A stretch of DNA of 64,000 bases from Mobula hypostoma (GCF_963921235.1 NC_086109.1:26352001-26416000), one strand, 5' to 3'. Positions 14,081-27,967 are shown, numbered from the stretch's first letter. Notes: generated from the letters alone by a model not told the origin. Numbers and translations are program-made.

Positions 14081-14084
14081 GGAC

Positions 14085-14545
14085 ACTTAAAATTCCTTGG
14101 CATTATCATTTCAGAGGATCTGTCCTGGGACCAGCACACAAGTCCCTTTACAAAGAAGGCTTGACAGCGCCCTTACTTTCTTAGAGGTTTGCGCAGAATC
14201 AGCACATCATCGAAAACTTTGACAAAGTTCTATGGATGCTCAGTGGGGAGATCCTGATTGGTTGCATCACAGCCTGGTATTTAAACACCAATGCCCAAGA
14301 ATAGAAAATCCTACAAAAAGTAAAGGATACAGCCAGACTCCATCATGGGTAAAGCCCTCCCCACGATTAAGCACATCTGAAAGGAATGCTGACCCATTGA
14401 AAGCAGCATCCATCACGAAGGACCCTCACCGACCAGGCCATGCTATCTACTCACTACTGCCAATGGCAAGGAGTTGCAGGAGCCTTAGAGCATACATCAC
14501 CTGGTTCAGAAACAGTTATTATCCTTCAGCCATCAAGCTCCTGAT
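14085..14545 (+). mobile_element. Rex1/Babar-type LINE C-terminal fragment
   Basis: KAASITKDPHRPGHAIYSLLPMARSCRSLRAYITWFRNSYYPSAIKLL. Confidence 0.8.
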
Positions 14546-14559
14546 AACTTCACTCACCA

Positions 14560-15060
14560 TGCATGGCATGGCATGATCCACCATCACTCAGGGTTGACCA
14601 TGGATATGGCATCCCAGCTGTCTGTAGATACACAAGTGTGGGTGATAAGATATGGAAAGCAATCTATTGCCCATGTAGCAAGCTCCCCCTCTCCATGCAT
14701 CCAATGAACCCAAAGGAATGGCAGAGACTGATACAGTTTGGTACCAGCAGTGTTGCAGCAGTTGCCAGTCAGCACTGAACTCAGTGTAGGACTGCCTACG
14801 GATTTTTCCCTCGGGATTTACTCCCAATGCCTTCCCAATGAGTGGGTATAGCCACAAGGCAACAAAGGGTTGAGATCGGAGTTTTCTTCTCCTAGACAAG
14901 CCCCATCTGTCCAAAGCGACTGGTTTTAAGGCACCAGTAACCCGCCTTTACCCCTTCTTCTGTCAGTAGAAACGGTTGCGCTGGTCTTAGTATCCAAGCC
15001 ACACATGAAGGCCAGAAGCTGGACTTGATTGTCAGAGGCTACTTGAGGCATATGCCATTG
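14560..15060 (-). mobile_element. Unclassified non-coding interspersed repeat, possibly RTE-derived
   Basis: GC-richer block with sharp edges between other elements and no coding motif. The family assignment is a guess. Confidence 0.3.
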
Positions 15061-16750
15061 GGAATAACCATTTTGGGTCGAGATCCTTCATCAGTCATGA
15101 AACATCGACTGTTTAGTCTTTTCCATAGATCCTGCATGGCCTGCTGAGTTCCTCCAGCATTTTGTTTGTGTTGCCCCTCTCATAATTTGATAGTTATGTC
15201 AGTGTTTTTACTTGACAGAGCCTTTGAGAAATCAGGGCACATTGGTGGAAACAGGGAAAGCAAAAGATCTTTCCAGTAGATCATGAGTAAATAAGCCAGT
15301 GACATGAAACAGGTTCACCATTTTGCCGCTGACCAAAAAAAAAGCAATAAACTCATAATGACTCCCACAGATGCAAAGAATTTTCTTAATTTTGACAAAC
15401 AGTTGAACTCTTAGCAACTGGGGAAAAAAACTCCTTGAACTATCTCTGTCTTTGCTCTGTGATACCGGATTGTGGCTAAATGGACCTGCTTAAGTTGCAT
15501 TTGTTTCACCTGCAAAACTAGGTCTGGGTTTGTCTGCTTCCTACTCTTCTGTCACTGTGTTTCAAGGCTAGCCTTGCCAGAAGGACAAATTATTGGCAGC
15601 CTTTGAAACACAGAAGCACATTAAACCTCCTTTGCTTGCTAAAGGTTTCCTTTTTCCATTCCAATTTACCATTCCATACTGGGTAATTTTACAGACACTG
15701 TGCTGTAATCTTGAACCCAAAATTCCCACTGATTTATATCGACTGCATTGGGTCCAGATACCAATAGGACGACTCAGTGCAAGTACAAAGAGCGTACTCC
15801 AGCCAACAAATAAAAGTAAAGGCAAATATAGGGATTCCAAACCTCAAAGCTCTAGTGGAGTAAGGTTGGATAAATTTGGGGAAGATCACTCTTAAGATTT
15901 AATACGATTGTATATATTCCATAAACTGTATCAGTCCTTTTCATCTCCAGATGGGCTCCTGCTGACTTTTCCAATTTTTTTTTTTTTGGCTATCTCAGTT
16001 TCTGTGATCCCTGTGAGATTTATTTTGAATAAGTTCTACACAAATGAAGAGAAGCAGCTTCAGTGTTCACCAATTGATAAAAGCTGTCACACCATTTATG
16101 TTCAGTTGGGGTCTGGTCACAGAAATGAGATCAGGCAACTATCAGTAATAAACCCAGGCAGCTGTCATAAAGCATTCGGTCTGTGATAATCCAGATTTTC
16201 ACTATCCCAGGAATGTGGCAGGAAGGGAGCTGTGAAGCAGAATTCAATCTCCTACTTGATTATGGATTCTTGTACCATAATCCTAGGAAATCCCAGAATG
16301 CTTCACTGCCAATAACATACTTTTGAATTTTAGTCACTGTTTTGAAATATAAGTTGGTGCAATCTGATCTGAGATAATCTAAGCAACCCACACATTCAAA
16401 GATGTTGATAATTGAGCACATTCCTGGCAGAGTTAAACAGGTTCAATGTGTATCAAAACCTTGGCGTTCCCTACAATCTGGTCCACAGAGCCCCCTGCAC
16501 ATTACACCATATGGAATATTTCACCCTGCAGAAGATAAAGATAGTGAGAGAAGGGGAAAATAGTAATAGCCATGTTTATTTGAGACATAAGGTTAAGTAA
16601 CATATGAGGAAAGATTCAAGCGAGAGCTACGACAGTGTAGAGATAGTTCCTGAGCCAATCCCTAGCCTTTCATATTAACAGCTGATATTAGCAGGAGCAA
16701 TTCTTGTTACACACAATCTGCTGGAGGAACTCATTGGGTTGAGCTGCATC

Positions 16751-17177
16751 TGTTGTGGGTGTTAGGGTGTATTCTGGAGTTAGTGTATAGAGCAAATATT
16801 AACTTCAGCAATCAATCTTTAGATCTTAACGTAGATTGTAGTTTAAATTTAAAATGCAGCCCTGGACAACAGTTTCCTGGAGCTATGGACACCAGTTACT
16901 AGAGAACCAGACAATGCTGATTAACATTGATTTTGGGCGTCCGGAGTGTGGGTGCAAAAGAGGTATGAAAATTATATGTAATTCAAAGGAAGCATTGTAG
17001 ATACATTGTAACTATAAAATTGTCCTGCTGCTACCTTTAATCTTTAGCATATAAAATGTCATGTAATATTGGGTCAAACAAGCTTCTTCCTCCAAGATTG
17101 TCTCATTTTGTTGAATAAAACACTTGTATATCCATTAGTTTCAGTGTCTTTCCAGTGACTTCATTTATGATACAACA
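16751..17177 (+). mobile_element. Probable solo LTR
   Basis: Ends TGTTGT…ACAACA form a 6-bp inverted pair. TATAAAA lies at about 17050 and AATAAA at about 17114. No TSD is visible. Confidence 0.5.
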
Positions 17178-19885
17178 GGGGTGTCACGGGGGGGGGGGGG
17201 CGGTGCCAGTGCTGGACCCAAATGCAAGACACAGACACTGAAGTACTAGGAACAGGACTTGACTAGAGAAGGGACGTGACAGGATACAGACAAGGAGCAA
17301 GGACAAGGACGCAAACTTGGGCTAGGACATGGACTAGATAGGGAACCCGGACAAGGAACCATGAACTAGGAGCCTGGGTTTGGGAAAGCGGGACCAGGAC
17401 TAGGAACAATGAACTAAGAGCCTGTGCTTGGACTCCGAGCCAGAGACTGGACAAGGACCCAGACCCTGGGTCTTGCCTCAGGCTCGGACCCCAGAAGTAG
17501 GCAAGGACAGGACGTGGCTGGGGTCTTGAGGCTTGAGGCTGCAGGCTGGGGCTTGGAGACATACTGACAACTGTACATCAACATAGAGCTGGGACTTACC
17601 CTTCGAAAAGCTGGGACTCATCTTTAACACGACACTAACATGAGACTGGACAGTACGTAGACAGAGCTGGGACTTATCCTTAGACAAGCTGGGAGTCAAC
17701 TTTATATCCACACCAAGGTGGGACAGGTCCATCCGTTGGGTAATGGCAGAATGGCCTGACTTACCCCACAGGGACGAAGACAAGACATATCCCCCCCCAC
17801 CCCGCCGGACAACCTCAGAACGGCCTGACTTACTCTACGGAGGCGAGGACAAGAAGAGACAAACACCAAAGAACGACAGACAGTTCCATCTCTGCATCAG
17901 GGTTGCTCCGAGTCACAGTTACGGCCAGCAACTTCGGCTGGCTATGGAAACGGCTGGATCCCTACCTAGCTCGGAGTGGCTGAGGGCCATTCAGTTGGCC
18001 CAGGAAATGGTTGAATCCATACTGCAAAGACAGCTCCAACTACCAACAGCAAGGCTCCATGAAGCGATGGTTCTCCAACGCGGCCTAAAGATGGCAAGTG
18101 GTCGCCCTAGCCTTCCAGCGGCAGGTTGCTTCCAGGGAATCTTGACAAACCAGCAGCCCACACTTCTATTTCCGGCAGTTTAGACGCAACTAGGCATATT
18201 ACTGCCCTCAGCAGGACGTATAATTAATTATAGAACTTCGAGGAACTCAAATTCTCAAATATAACCTAGTCTCACGTATAAACTGAATAATAATCTCTTC
18301 AATCAGATATTGGCTCTCTTGATGGCCAAACTAAGATTTAATAGAAAACCAAAATACATTTAAGCCAGATAGCCTCTTGAACAACATGCTTCTTTCAATT
18401 TTGTATCGATTACAGCTCAGCAAAACATGCTGGACTGTCTCTGGACTACCACAGTCATATAATCCAGTAAGATGTTTTCCTATTATCTTTAAATAATAGT
18501 TTAGCCCACAATGCCCCAACCTAAGTCTTGATAATTTCACCATATCGCTACGATTTGAAAGGTAACAGTCTGAGACCTTTTTAAACTAGTGGGTGACTAG
18601 AAAAATAATGCCTGCCCTTTAATACATTTTTCCCAATCCTCCTGCCACTTCTTCTCTATCCCTTTTTAAATCCTACTTCTCAATTCTGCTCTGCCTAGGG
18701 GAACTCTAATTTCTACTTGCCTGCTCTGTAAGGAAGACTTTGCAATGCCATCCACAATTTCATTTCCCTCCATCCCAGCATGCCCAGGAATCCATGAAAA
18801 TCTAACTGCACAACCCATCTTCCCTACTCTAAACAACACTAAGAGAATCTCAATAACTATGTCAGGACGAGCTTTTGATTTATTCCCTTTTATAGCCTCT
18901 AAGGCAGCAGCAGAATCCGAACAGATGATAACCCTACATAGTTGAGAGTCTTCTGTCCAACATAAGGCCCAGAGGATTGCTAATAATTCCATTGCAAAGA
19001 CAGAAACACCATCTGAAACCCGGTGACCAAGCTTAACTCCAAGTTGAGACACATACATCCCAAATCCTGCCCTACTACTCTCTGGGTCTACTGAGCCATC
19101 AGTAAAAATCTTCAGATAAGATCCCCATTATTTAAATATTCATTTGTGATCAACGCCGATGAAACTGCTCTGCTTCCTTGAAGCTGAAAAAGGAAGAATA
19201 GGTCTACTTCTGGTTCCGGCAAGAGCCAAAAAGGGACGGGTGGCAAGCAAATTTTGCTAACTATGTCTTCCTCAGTCAGTTTCAATTTCACAGCCCAGTT
19301 ATTAACCAAATCTAAAAATGGATATCTTTTAATTTTACTTTGGTGCTCCAACTTCCCCTGCAAAAGACACTTTGGCGGACAGCTGTGATTGAAGCCATTT
19401 AGTTTTGCCCAGTACTGCAGGCCCAACTGAATTCGTCTTAAATGTAGAGGCACTTCCCCCATCTCCACACATAATGCCGGGACTGATGTTCCAAAAGCTC
19501 CACAACAGAGTCTAAGTGCTTTGGATTGCACAGTGTCTAGTTTTCCAAGCACTGCTGTAGCAGCAGAACCATAAGCAATACAACCATAATCTATAACTGA
19601 TCTAATCATAGCTAGATATATTAAGTACATAGTTTCCCACCCTGCTCCCCAGTCGCATCCGGCAATACTTCTCATAACATTTAAAACTTACTCACACTTT
19701 CCAATTGTTTTATCTACATGAACCCTCCAAGTAAGTCTTTCATCAAACCAGACACCTAAAAACTTGAATACCTTGACTTTTTCTAGTGGAGAATCCCATA
19801 GACAATTCAAAATCAGGAATCTTTCTTCTAGAGCGAAAAATCATATATTTGGACTTAGATGCTGAAATCCTGAAACCCCATTTAT

Positions 19886-20153
19886 TAGTAAACACAAAAT
19901 AATCTGCAGATGCTGGGATCAAAGCAACACTCACAATACGCCAGAGGAACTCAGTAGGTCGGGCAGCATCTGTGGAAATGATGAGTCGATGTTTCGGGCC
20001 GGAACCCTTCGTCAGGACTGAAGAGGGAATCTTTCCTTCCCCCTGATCCCTCTTCAGTCCTGACGAAGGGTTCCGGCCCGAAATGTCGACTCATCGTTTC
20101 CACTGATGCTGCCCGACCTGCTGAGTTCCTCCAGTGTACTGTGAGTGTTCCTT
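19886..20153. mobile_element. Foldback mini Penelope-like insertion with two opposed hammerhead motifs
   Basis: About 105-bp inverted arms around a short spacer at about 20030-20047. TSD ACCCCATTTAT at 19875-19885 and 20154-20164. Confidence 0.85.
20056..20091 (+). ncRNA. Minimal type I hammerhead ribozyme motif (one CpG-type change in stem III); partner copy on the minus strand at 19984-20019
   Basis: AGTC-CTGACGA-A-GGGT(TCCG)GCCC-GAAA-TGTC-GACT. Confidence 0.7.
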
Positions 20154-21041
20154 ACCCCATTTATGAGCCCAGTTTTCAACTGATCTTTAAGCCTTTTGTA
20201 CCTGCCTTAATATATACTTGATATTTCTTCCTCTTTTCCAGATTGCACCATCGTCTGCAAACAATGATTTGCCAAATCCTGTCCCTACCTGATCAAAGAT
20301 ATCATTTATCATGACATTAAAAAGAACTGGACTAATGACACTTCCTTGAGGGGTACCATTACCTATTTTAACTGACTTGGAGCTTGTTCCGCCTCTTCTT
20401 ACTTGAATTGTCCTTTCCTTAAGGAAATCTTTGATCCAATTAAACACTCTATCTCTAATTCCCGCATCATAGAGTTTAATTAATAAGCCATCCTTCCATA
20501 GTGAGTTGTATGCTCTTTCAATATCTAGAAGTACGCTTACCATTACTTCTCTATTTTGAAATGCTTTTTTAATATCATGATCTAAAAGGGCAACAGATTC
20601 CATTGTTGATCTTCCAGTTCTAAAACCATTTTAATAGGCAGCAAAATGTCCCTTATTTTCCAAAATAAACAAGTCTGTTGGTGACCATTCGTTCCATAAT
20701 TTTACAAAGCACTGACGTTAAAGCTACAGGCCGATACGAACTAGGACTAGACGCATCCTTACCTGGCTTTAAAACTGGAACTACCACCGCATGCTTCCAT
20801 TCTACTGGTAATTTTCCTTCTTTCCACACTGAATTAAACAATGCTAGTATTTCTATTAATACAGAGTCATCTAAATGCTTAAGCAATTCATCACACAGTC
20901 CATCCCTACCAGGAGAAGTGTTTGAACCTGATTGGACAGCTTCCTGCAATTCCTGAAGGGAGAAAAGCAAATTTATGGAGCTATTATCATCCAAACTCCT
21001 GTCCAATTTCCAACGTTCTGTAACATATTTTCCCTTCTCAA

Positions 21042-21594
21042 AAGGGACCATGGACAATTATTCTGATTTGATGGAGAATGGATGTGAAAACACAGAGGAA
21101 CATCTGGAAAAATTTCTGAAATGCTCGTTCGCTGCTGTCGTTACTGTGCGGTGGTGAATCTTTTGGAGGGTAGGGCTCAAAATCCCCGGACTTGCCTGCT
21201 TTTGGCGACTGAGAAAGAGGGCGAATCGCTCGGACAGAGATGGCTCTCAGTACTCGGTGTCAGAGAGCTGATCAGAGCTCGAAGTTTTCGGATGACTCAG
21301 AGTCGGATTGTGGTCGGCATGGCAGGGAGAGGTTTTCTTCCTTCTGCTGTCTGCGTGAGATGTGGGACACTTGAGAAATTTTGAACTTTACTGTGCTCAT
21401 GGACTTCTTCATCAAGTTATGGTATTGTTGCACTGTTGTAACTATATGTTATATTTATGTGGTTTTGTCAGTTTTTTCAGTCTTGGTCTGTCCTGTGTTT
21501 TGTGATATCACACCGGAGGAAATAATGTATCATTTCTTAATGCATGCATGACATATGACAGTAAAAGAGGACTACGGGTCTTCATAATCTAAAT
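21042..21594 (+). mobile_element. Non-coding non-autonomous retroposon nested in Nimb ORF2
   Basis: Interrupts the Nimb reading frame. Its 3' about 95 bp matches 2966-3060 in reverse orientation. Confidence 0.6.
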
Positions 21595-21783
21595 CACCTA
21601 ACTCTCCAGAACTGTGTAATGCTTGGAACACCTCTATAAACATATCAGCCTTTTCCTTATTGGTTACAGCTTCAATATCTCCTTCCAGCAAAGCTGGGAT
21701 AGATGGTTTCCCATATATCTGTGACATTCTGTGAATGATCGTCCACAGCTGCTTTATAGGTGTCTCACGGCTCAGGGTTCCAC

Positions 21784-24700
21784 AAAAGAAAGCTAATGGC
21801 ATACTGGTCTTCATAACAAGGGGAATTGAGTATAGGAGCAAAGAGGTCCTTCTGCAGCTGTACAGGGCCCTGGTGAGACCACACCTGGAGTATTGTGTGC
21901 AGTTTTGGTCTCCAAATTTGAGGAAAGACATTCTTGCTATTGAGGGAGTGCAGCGTAGGTTCACAAAGTCAATTCCCGGGATGGCGGGGCCGTCATATGT
22001 TGAAAGATTGGAGCGACTGGGTTTGTATACACTGGAATTTAGAAGGATGAGAGGGGATCTGATTGAAACATATAAGATTAAGGGATTAGACATGCTGGAG
22101 GCAGGAAGCATGTTCCCACTGATGGGCGAGTCCAGAACCAGAGGCCACAGTTTAAGAATAAGGGGTAGGCCATTTATATAAGGGTGGTTATCTCCGGTTT
22201 GCTTCCAGTTCCCCGTGCTGGAGTGGTCAAGAACAGGGAGATAATGGATCTGAATGTGTGGCTGAGGAACTGGTGCAGGAAGCAAGGATTTACATTCTTG
22301 GGCCACTGGGGTATGTTTTGGGGTAAGGATGAATTGTACAAAACGGATGGGTTGTACCTTAATAAGCGGGGCACCAGCATTCTGGCAGGCAGGTTTGCCT
22401 CTGCAACACGGGTGCGTTTAAACTAAGTAGTGGGGGGGAGGGGATGAACTGGAAACATAAGGATGAAGATAAAGGAAAAGTGAGAATAAGAAAAGTTAAA
22501 AATGACAGCAGAATGAACAGAGCAGAAAACTAAAGAAGGGATCATACAGTATGGCCAAGTGAAATAGGAATTGATACAGGAGGTGAGGGGAGTAATGAAT
22601 TCAAAGTATTGTATATGAATGCTCAGAGTATAAGAAATAAAGTGGATGAGTTTGAGGCACAGCTGGAAATTGGTAAGTATGATGTTGTGGGAATAACAGA
22701 GACATGGCTTCAAGTGGACAGAGCCTGGGAAATGAATATTCAAGGGTATACGTCCTATCGAAAGGACAGACTGGTGGGCCGAGGGGTTGGGGTGGCTCTG
22801 TTGGTGAGGAATGATATTCAGTCCCTTGCGAGGGGGGGACATAGAATCAGGAGACGTAGAGTCAGTATGGATAGAACTGAGAAATTGTAAGGGTAGAAAG
22901 ACCCCAATGAGAGTTATCTACAGGCCCCCAAACAGTAGTCTGGATGTAGGGTGTAAGTTGAATCAAGAGTTAAAATTGGCATGTCGCAAAGGTAATGCTA
23001 CAGTTGTTATGGGGAACTTCAACATGCAGGTAGACTGGAGGAATCAGGTTGGTACTGGACCCCAAGAAAGGGAGTTTGTTGGGTCCCTCCGAGATGGATT
23101 CTTAGAACAGCTTGTACTGGAGCCAAGAACGCAATTCTAGATTTAGTGTTGTGCAATGAACCAGATTTGATCAGGGACCTCAAGGTAAAGGAGCCATTAG
23201 GAGGTAGTGATCATAATATGGTAAGTTTTAATCTACAATTTGAGAGGGAGAAGGGAAACTCGGAAGTGTCAGTATTACAGTTGAACAAAGGGAACTATGG
23301 TGTTATGAGGGAGGAGCTGGCCAAAGTTCAATGGAATAATACCCTAGCAGGGATGACAGTGGAATAGCAAAGGCAAGTGTTTCTGGGAATAATGCAGAAG
23401 GTGCAGGATCAGTTCGTTTCAAAGAGGAAGAAAGATCCTAAGGGGAGTAAGGGGAGGCCGTGGCTGACAAGGGAAGTAATGGACAGTATAAAAATAAAAG
23501 AGAAGAAGTATAACATAGCAAAGACGAGTGGGAAGCCGGAGGATTGGGAAACTTTTAAAGAGCAACAGAAGGTAACTAAAAAGGCAATACGTGGAGAAAA
23601 AATGAGGTACGAAGGTAAACTAGCCAAGAATATAAAGGAGGATAGTAAAAGCTTCCTTAGGTATGTGAAAAGGAAAAAAATAGTTAAGACCAAAACTGGG
23701 CCCTTGAAGACAGAAGCGGGTGAATTTATTATGGGGAACAAGGAAATGGCAGACGAGCTGAACAGGTACTTTGGATCTGTCTTCACTAGGGAAGACACAA
23801 ACAATCTCCCAGATGTAATAGTGGCCAAAAGACCTACGGTAATGGATCGTAAACACAAAATAATCTGCAGATGCTGGGGTCAAAGCAACACTCACATCAC
23901 GCTGGAGGAACTCAGCAGGTCGGGCCTCTGCCCCTTGCCCCTACACTCCTGACGAAGGGTTCTGGCCCAAAACGTCGACCAATCTTTTCCACGGATGCTG
24001 CCCGACCTGCTGAGTTCCTCCAGCATGTCGTGAGTGTTGCTTAGGGTAATGGACGAATTGGAGGAAATTTATATTAGGCAGGAAATGGTGTTGGATAGGC
24101 TGTTGGGTCTGAAGGCTGATAAGTCCCTGGGACCTGATGGTTTGCATCCCAGGGTACTTAAGGAGGTGGCTTTAGAAATCGTGGATGCATTGGTAATCAT
24201 TGTCCAATGTTCAATAGATTCAGGATCAGTTCCTGTGGATTGGAGGGTGGCTAATGTTGTCCCTCTCTTCAAGAAGGGAGGAAGAGAGAAAACAAGGAAT
24301 TATAGACCGGTTAGCCTGACGTCGGTGGTGAGAAGATGCTGGAGTCAATTATAAAAGATGAAATTACGACACATCTGGATAGTAGTAACAGGATCGGTCC
24401 GAGTCAGCATGGATTTACGAAGGGGAAATCGTGCTTGACTAATCTTCTGGAATTTTTTGAGGATGTACCTATGAAAATGGACAAGGGAGAGCCAGTGGAT
24501 GTAGTGTACCTGGACTTTCAGAAAGCCTTTGATAAAGTCCCACATAAGAGATTAGTGGGAAAAATTAGGGCACATGGTATTGAGGGCAGGGTACTGACAT
24601 GGATTGAAAATTGGCGGGCTGACAGGAAGCAAAGTGTAGCGATTAACAGATCCCTTTCGGAATGGCAGGTGGTGACCAGTGGGGTACCGCAGGGTTCAGT

Positions 24701-25740
24701 GCTGGGACCGCAGCTGTTTACAATATATATTAACGATTTAGATGAGGGAATTAAAAGTAACATTAGCAAATTTGCTGATGACACAAAGCTGGGTGGCAGT
24801 GTGAAATGCGAGGAGGATGTTATGAAAATGCAGGGTGACTTGGACAGGCTGGGTGAGTGGGCAGATGCATGGCAGATGCAGTTTAATGTGGATAAATGTG
24901 AGGTTATCCACTTTGGTGGTAAGAACAGGAAGGCAGATTATTATCTAAATGGAGTCAAGTTAGGAAAAGGGGAAGCACAACGAGATCTAGGTGTTCTTGT
25001 ACATCAGTCACTGAAAGCAAGCCTGCAAGTACAGCAGGCAGTGAAGAAACAAAGTGTAGCAATTAACAGATCCCTTTCGGAATGGCAGGTGGTGACCAGT
25101 GGGGTACCGCAGGGCCTTCATAACAAGGGGAATTGAGTATAAGAGCAAAGAGGTCCTACTGCAGCTGTACAGGGCCCTGGTGATACCACACCTGGAGTAC
25201 TGTGTGCAGTTTTGGTCTCCAAATTTGAGGAAGGACATTCTTGCTATTGAGGGAGTGCAGCGTAGGTTTACGAGGCTAATTCCCGGGATGGCGTGACTGT
25301 CATATGTCGAAAGATTGGAGCGACTGGGCTTGTATACTCTGGAATTTAGAAGGCTGAGAGGGGATCTTATTGAAACATATAAAATTACTAAGGGATTGGA
25401 CACGCTGCAGGCAGGAAGCATGTTCCCGCTGATGGGTGAGTCCAGAACCAGAGGCCACAGTTTAAGAATTAGGGGTAGGCCATTTAGAACGGAGTTGAGG
25501 AAAAACTTTTTCACCCAGAGAGTGGTGGATATATGGAATGCTGTGCCCCAGAAGGCAGTGGAGGCCAAGTCTCTGGATGCTTTCAAGAAAGAGATGGATA
25601 GAGCTCTTAAAGATAGTGGAATCAAAGGTTATGGGGATAAGGCAGGAACTGGATACTGATTGTGGATGATCAGCCATGATCACAGTGAATGGCAGTGCTG
25701 GCTCGAAGGGCCGAATGGCCTACTCCTGCATCTATTGTCT
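21784..25740 (+). mobile_element. CR1 LINE nested in Nimb ORF2, with a 3'-region copy (21784-22176) placed ahead of the ORF1 tail
   Basis: RPHLEYCVQFWSP segment, then esterase tail DGLYLNKRG, APE YMNAQSI and VGITETWL, RT DFQKAFDKVPH and KFADDTKLGG, and a CR1 3' UTR. The Nimb frame resumes at 25741. Confidence 0.92.
23850..24041. mobile_element. Foldback mini Penelope-like insertion inside the CR1 (third nesting level below the Gypsy LTR)
   Basis: Inverted terminal-repeat arms with GGTAATGGA duplicated on both flanks. Confidence 0.8.
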
Positions 25741-26792
25741 AAAATCATCTCCACTTATCCCTCTTTGAATTTTTAATTACTCTCCTTGCTACTGCTCTTT
25801 CCTTTTTATACTCTATTACATTATCTAACACCGGGCACTTTCTTAATTTCCTGTAAGCTCTATTTCTGTTTCTTACTGCTATATCACAACTTTTATTCCA
25901 CCACGGATCTAATGCTCAAGTCTTAGGAACATTCTGTAGCGGAATAGTCAACTGAACAACTTTATGAAATATAGAACAGAGGGATTCATTCCAATCATCT
26001 ATGGAGCCCTCGCTATTAATCCCTTCTACTATATCCACAATTTTCTCCTGGTACTCATTCCGATGGGCCAAAGAAAAATTATACCTAGCAGACTTCTCCT
26101 CAATTTCTACTGACAAATTTCTACCAAATCTACATAATATAGGATAATGATCACTTCCTAGTGTATATCTGTCCATAATATCCCATTCCCCAACCCTAGC
26201 TCAGTTTGAGGAAGTGATAGACAAGTCTAAGTGAATATAAGTATTCTTTACAATATTAAATCTTGTAGGCCTTCTGTCATTTAGCAGTATGATGTTGCAT
26301 TTATCTAGAAAGTCCTCTAGTACTGCTCTATTACTATCTTTACTTTCACTACCCCATATAGGATTATGGGCATTGAAATCACCAACCCAGATTACTGGGG
26401 ATCTTACCCTATTCATAATTTCATCCAAGTCTGATAACATCATATTACCTGGATTATAAAAGTTAATCAAAGTTATTTGACCACAAGAGCACCAAACCTC
26501 CACAGCCACAATTTCAAGGTTAGATTTAAAATCAAGTCTTCTAAACTGGAGTCCTGTTTTTATGAAAGTTGCACACCCTCCACCAGATTTACCCGTTCTG
26601 TCAGCTCTCAAACTATCATATCCAGGGATCACAAAATCTAAATGAGGCTTTAACCATGTCTCCTGTATACAGATCAAATCAGGCTTGTCTTTAAAAGTTC
26701 CAACAAATCTTTTTAATTCTTGTCATTTGCAGATAAACTTCTTGCATTCCATTGTAATATTAAAAATTTCCAAATACTAATTATTGGCCTCC

Positions 26793-27967
26793 TCATCCAC
26801 ATAAAGCTCCTCCGCACTCTGATCCCAACAACTGGGAAGTATTCAGTGATTGAACGTCTGTCATATACTCATGTAATTTTTCTGGCAAAATCTGTTTTAT
26901 ATCAAGAAATCTCTCTGCAGCTCCAACAAATACTTTTATCATATTCAACCTCTTGGTTGTAGTTTTTGCCCCAACCAGTACATCAACAATAAACGCCAAG
27001 AAGACTCTTTAGTCATCCACAACATGCCTGAAGGAACCACAGTTGAAGAACTCGGAATGTTCCGATTCCCCATCATGCCAATCTTTTCCTTACTTATCCT
27101 TTGCTCTCTATCAACTTTCTTTACTGGCTGAGCATATGGTATTTTTTGTTGGATACTAACATCCTGAATCCGCTTTGCCTTACTAAAATACTCACATCCT
27201 CTGAACGCCATTTTATGGTCCCCTCCACAGTAACTGCATTTAGGCACCGCTGCCTTACATGCTTTAATATCATGATCCCCTCCATATTTCATACATCTTT
27301 TACCTCAACATGAACCATCAATATGTCCAAATCTCTGGCAATTATAACAGCGCAAGGGAGGTCTAATGTATTCTCTAACTTGATATGACAGGCACCCGAG
27401 ATAGTCTCTAGTTGGAAGAACATCACTTGCAAAAACCAGAAGAACAGGAGAATCCCGATCACCACCTTCTCTCGATTTTAATCATTTGGCTTCAATTACT
27501 CGACCACCTTTAATATTGCCCAAAATTTCCTTTTCAGTCATGCCAGACCAAATACCATACACTAGCCCCCTAACTCCCTTCTTTTCAGAGTAATACACTC
27601 CACTTTCACAACCAATTTTCCCACCATTTTAGCACTGTTATATTGGTCAATATCTTAGCAACAAATTTTCAGCAATCCATTAGATAAAATCTTGGCCTGG
27701 AATCCTTTACCTATTTGGTTCTCTAATGCTGCTGCCACTTTCAAAGGATTAAGGGCTCTAAATCCTCCTTCCGCTTCCTTCTGACCTTTAATTTTATACA
27801 GAACTATGAATTCCTCCAATTCACCCATTTCCTCAATTTGTTGTCCCCCATTACTTCAGGTCTTTCACTTGATGCACCTCTTTTTTGGTTACCCTTACTT
27901 CTGGAGTATTCACAGTCTCCCACCCTCCTCCTTCAATCTCAAACCTCCCTCTCCATTTTGCAGCCAT
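26793..27967 (-). pseudogene. Nimb/I-clade ORF1 (gag-like zinc-knuckle protein), disrupted
   Basis: ATG at 27967. RCYNCQRFGH-like knuckle near 27330-27350, then KYGGDHDIKAC and KCSYCGGDHKMAFRGC. Frameshifts and stops present. Confidence 0.8.

Larger units (their letters stand above)
18290..26780 (-). pseudogene. Nimb/I-clade ORF2 (APE endonuclease, RT, RNase H, C-terminal zinc finger), fragmented
   Basis: ILQWNARSL, ICIQETWL, WVGDFNAHNPIWGS, GSDHYPI (APE). SYRPVALTS, GTPQGSVISP, LFADDGAIW (RT). AMELLAI, ICSDS, SWIPGHAGMEGNEIVD (RNase H). RLRLGH…DCG…ETVQHVLLSC (zinc finger). Confidence 0.9.

Noticed and set aside
17230..17860. GGAC/ACTAGG-rich quasi-periodic repeats as CRISPR or satellite
   Set aside because: The units are irregular with no unique spacers, and the first ~330 bp is reproduced in the second LTR copy, so they are LTR-internal repeats in a eukaryotic context.
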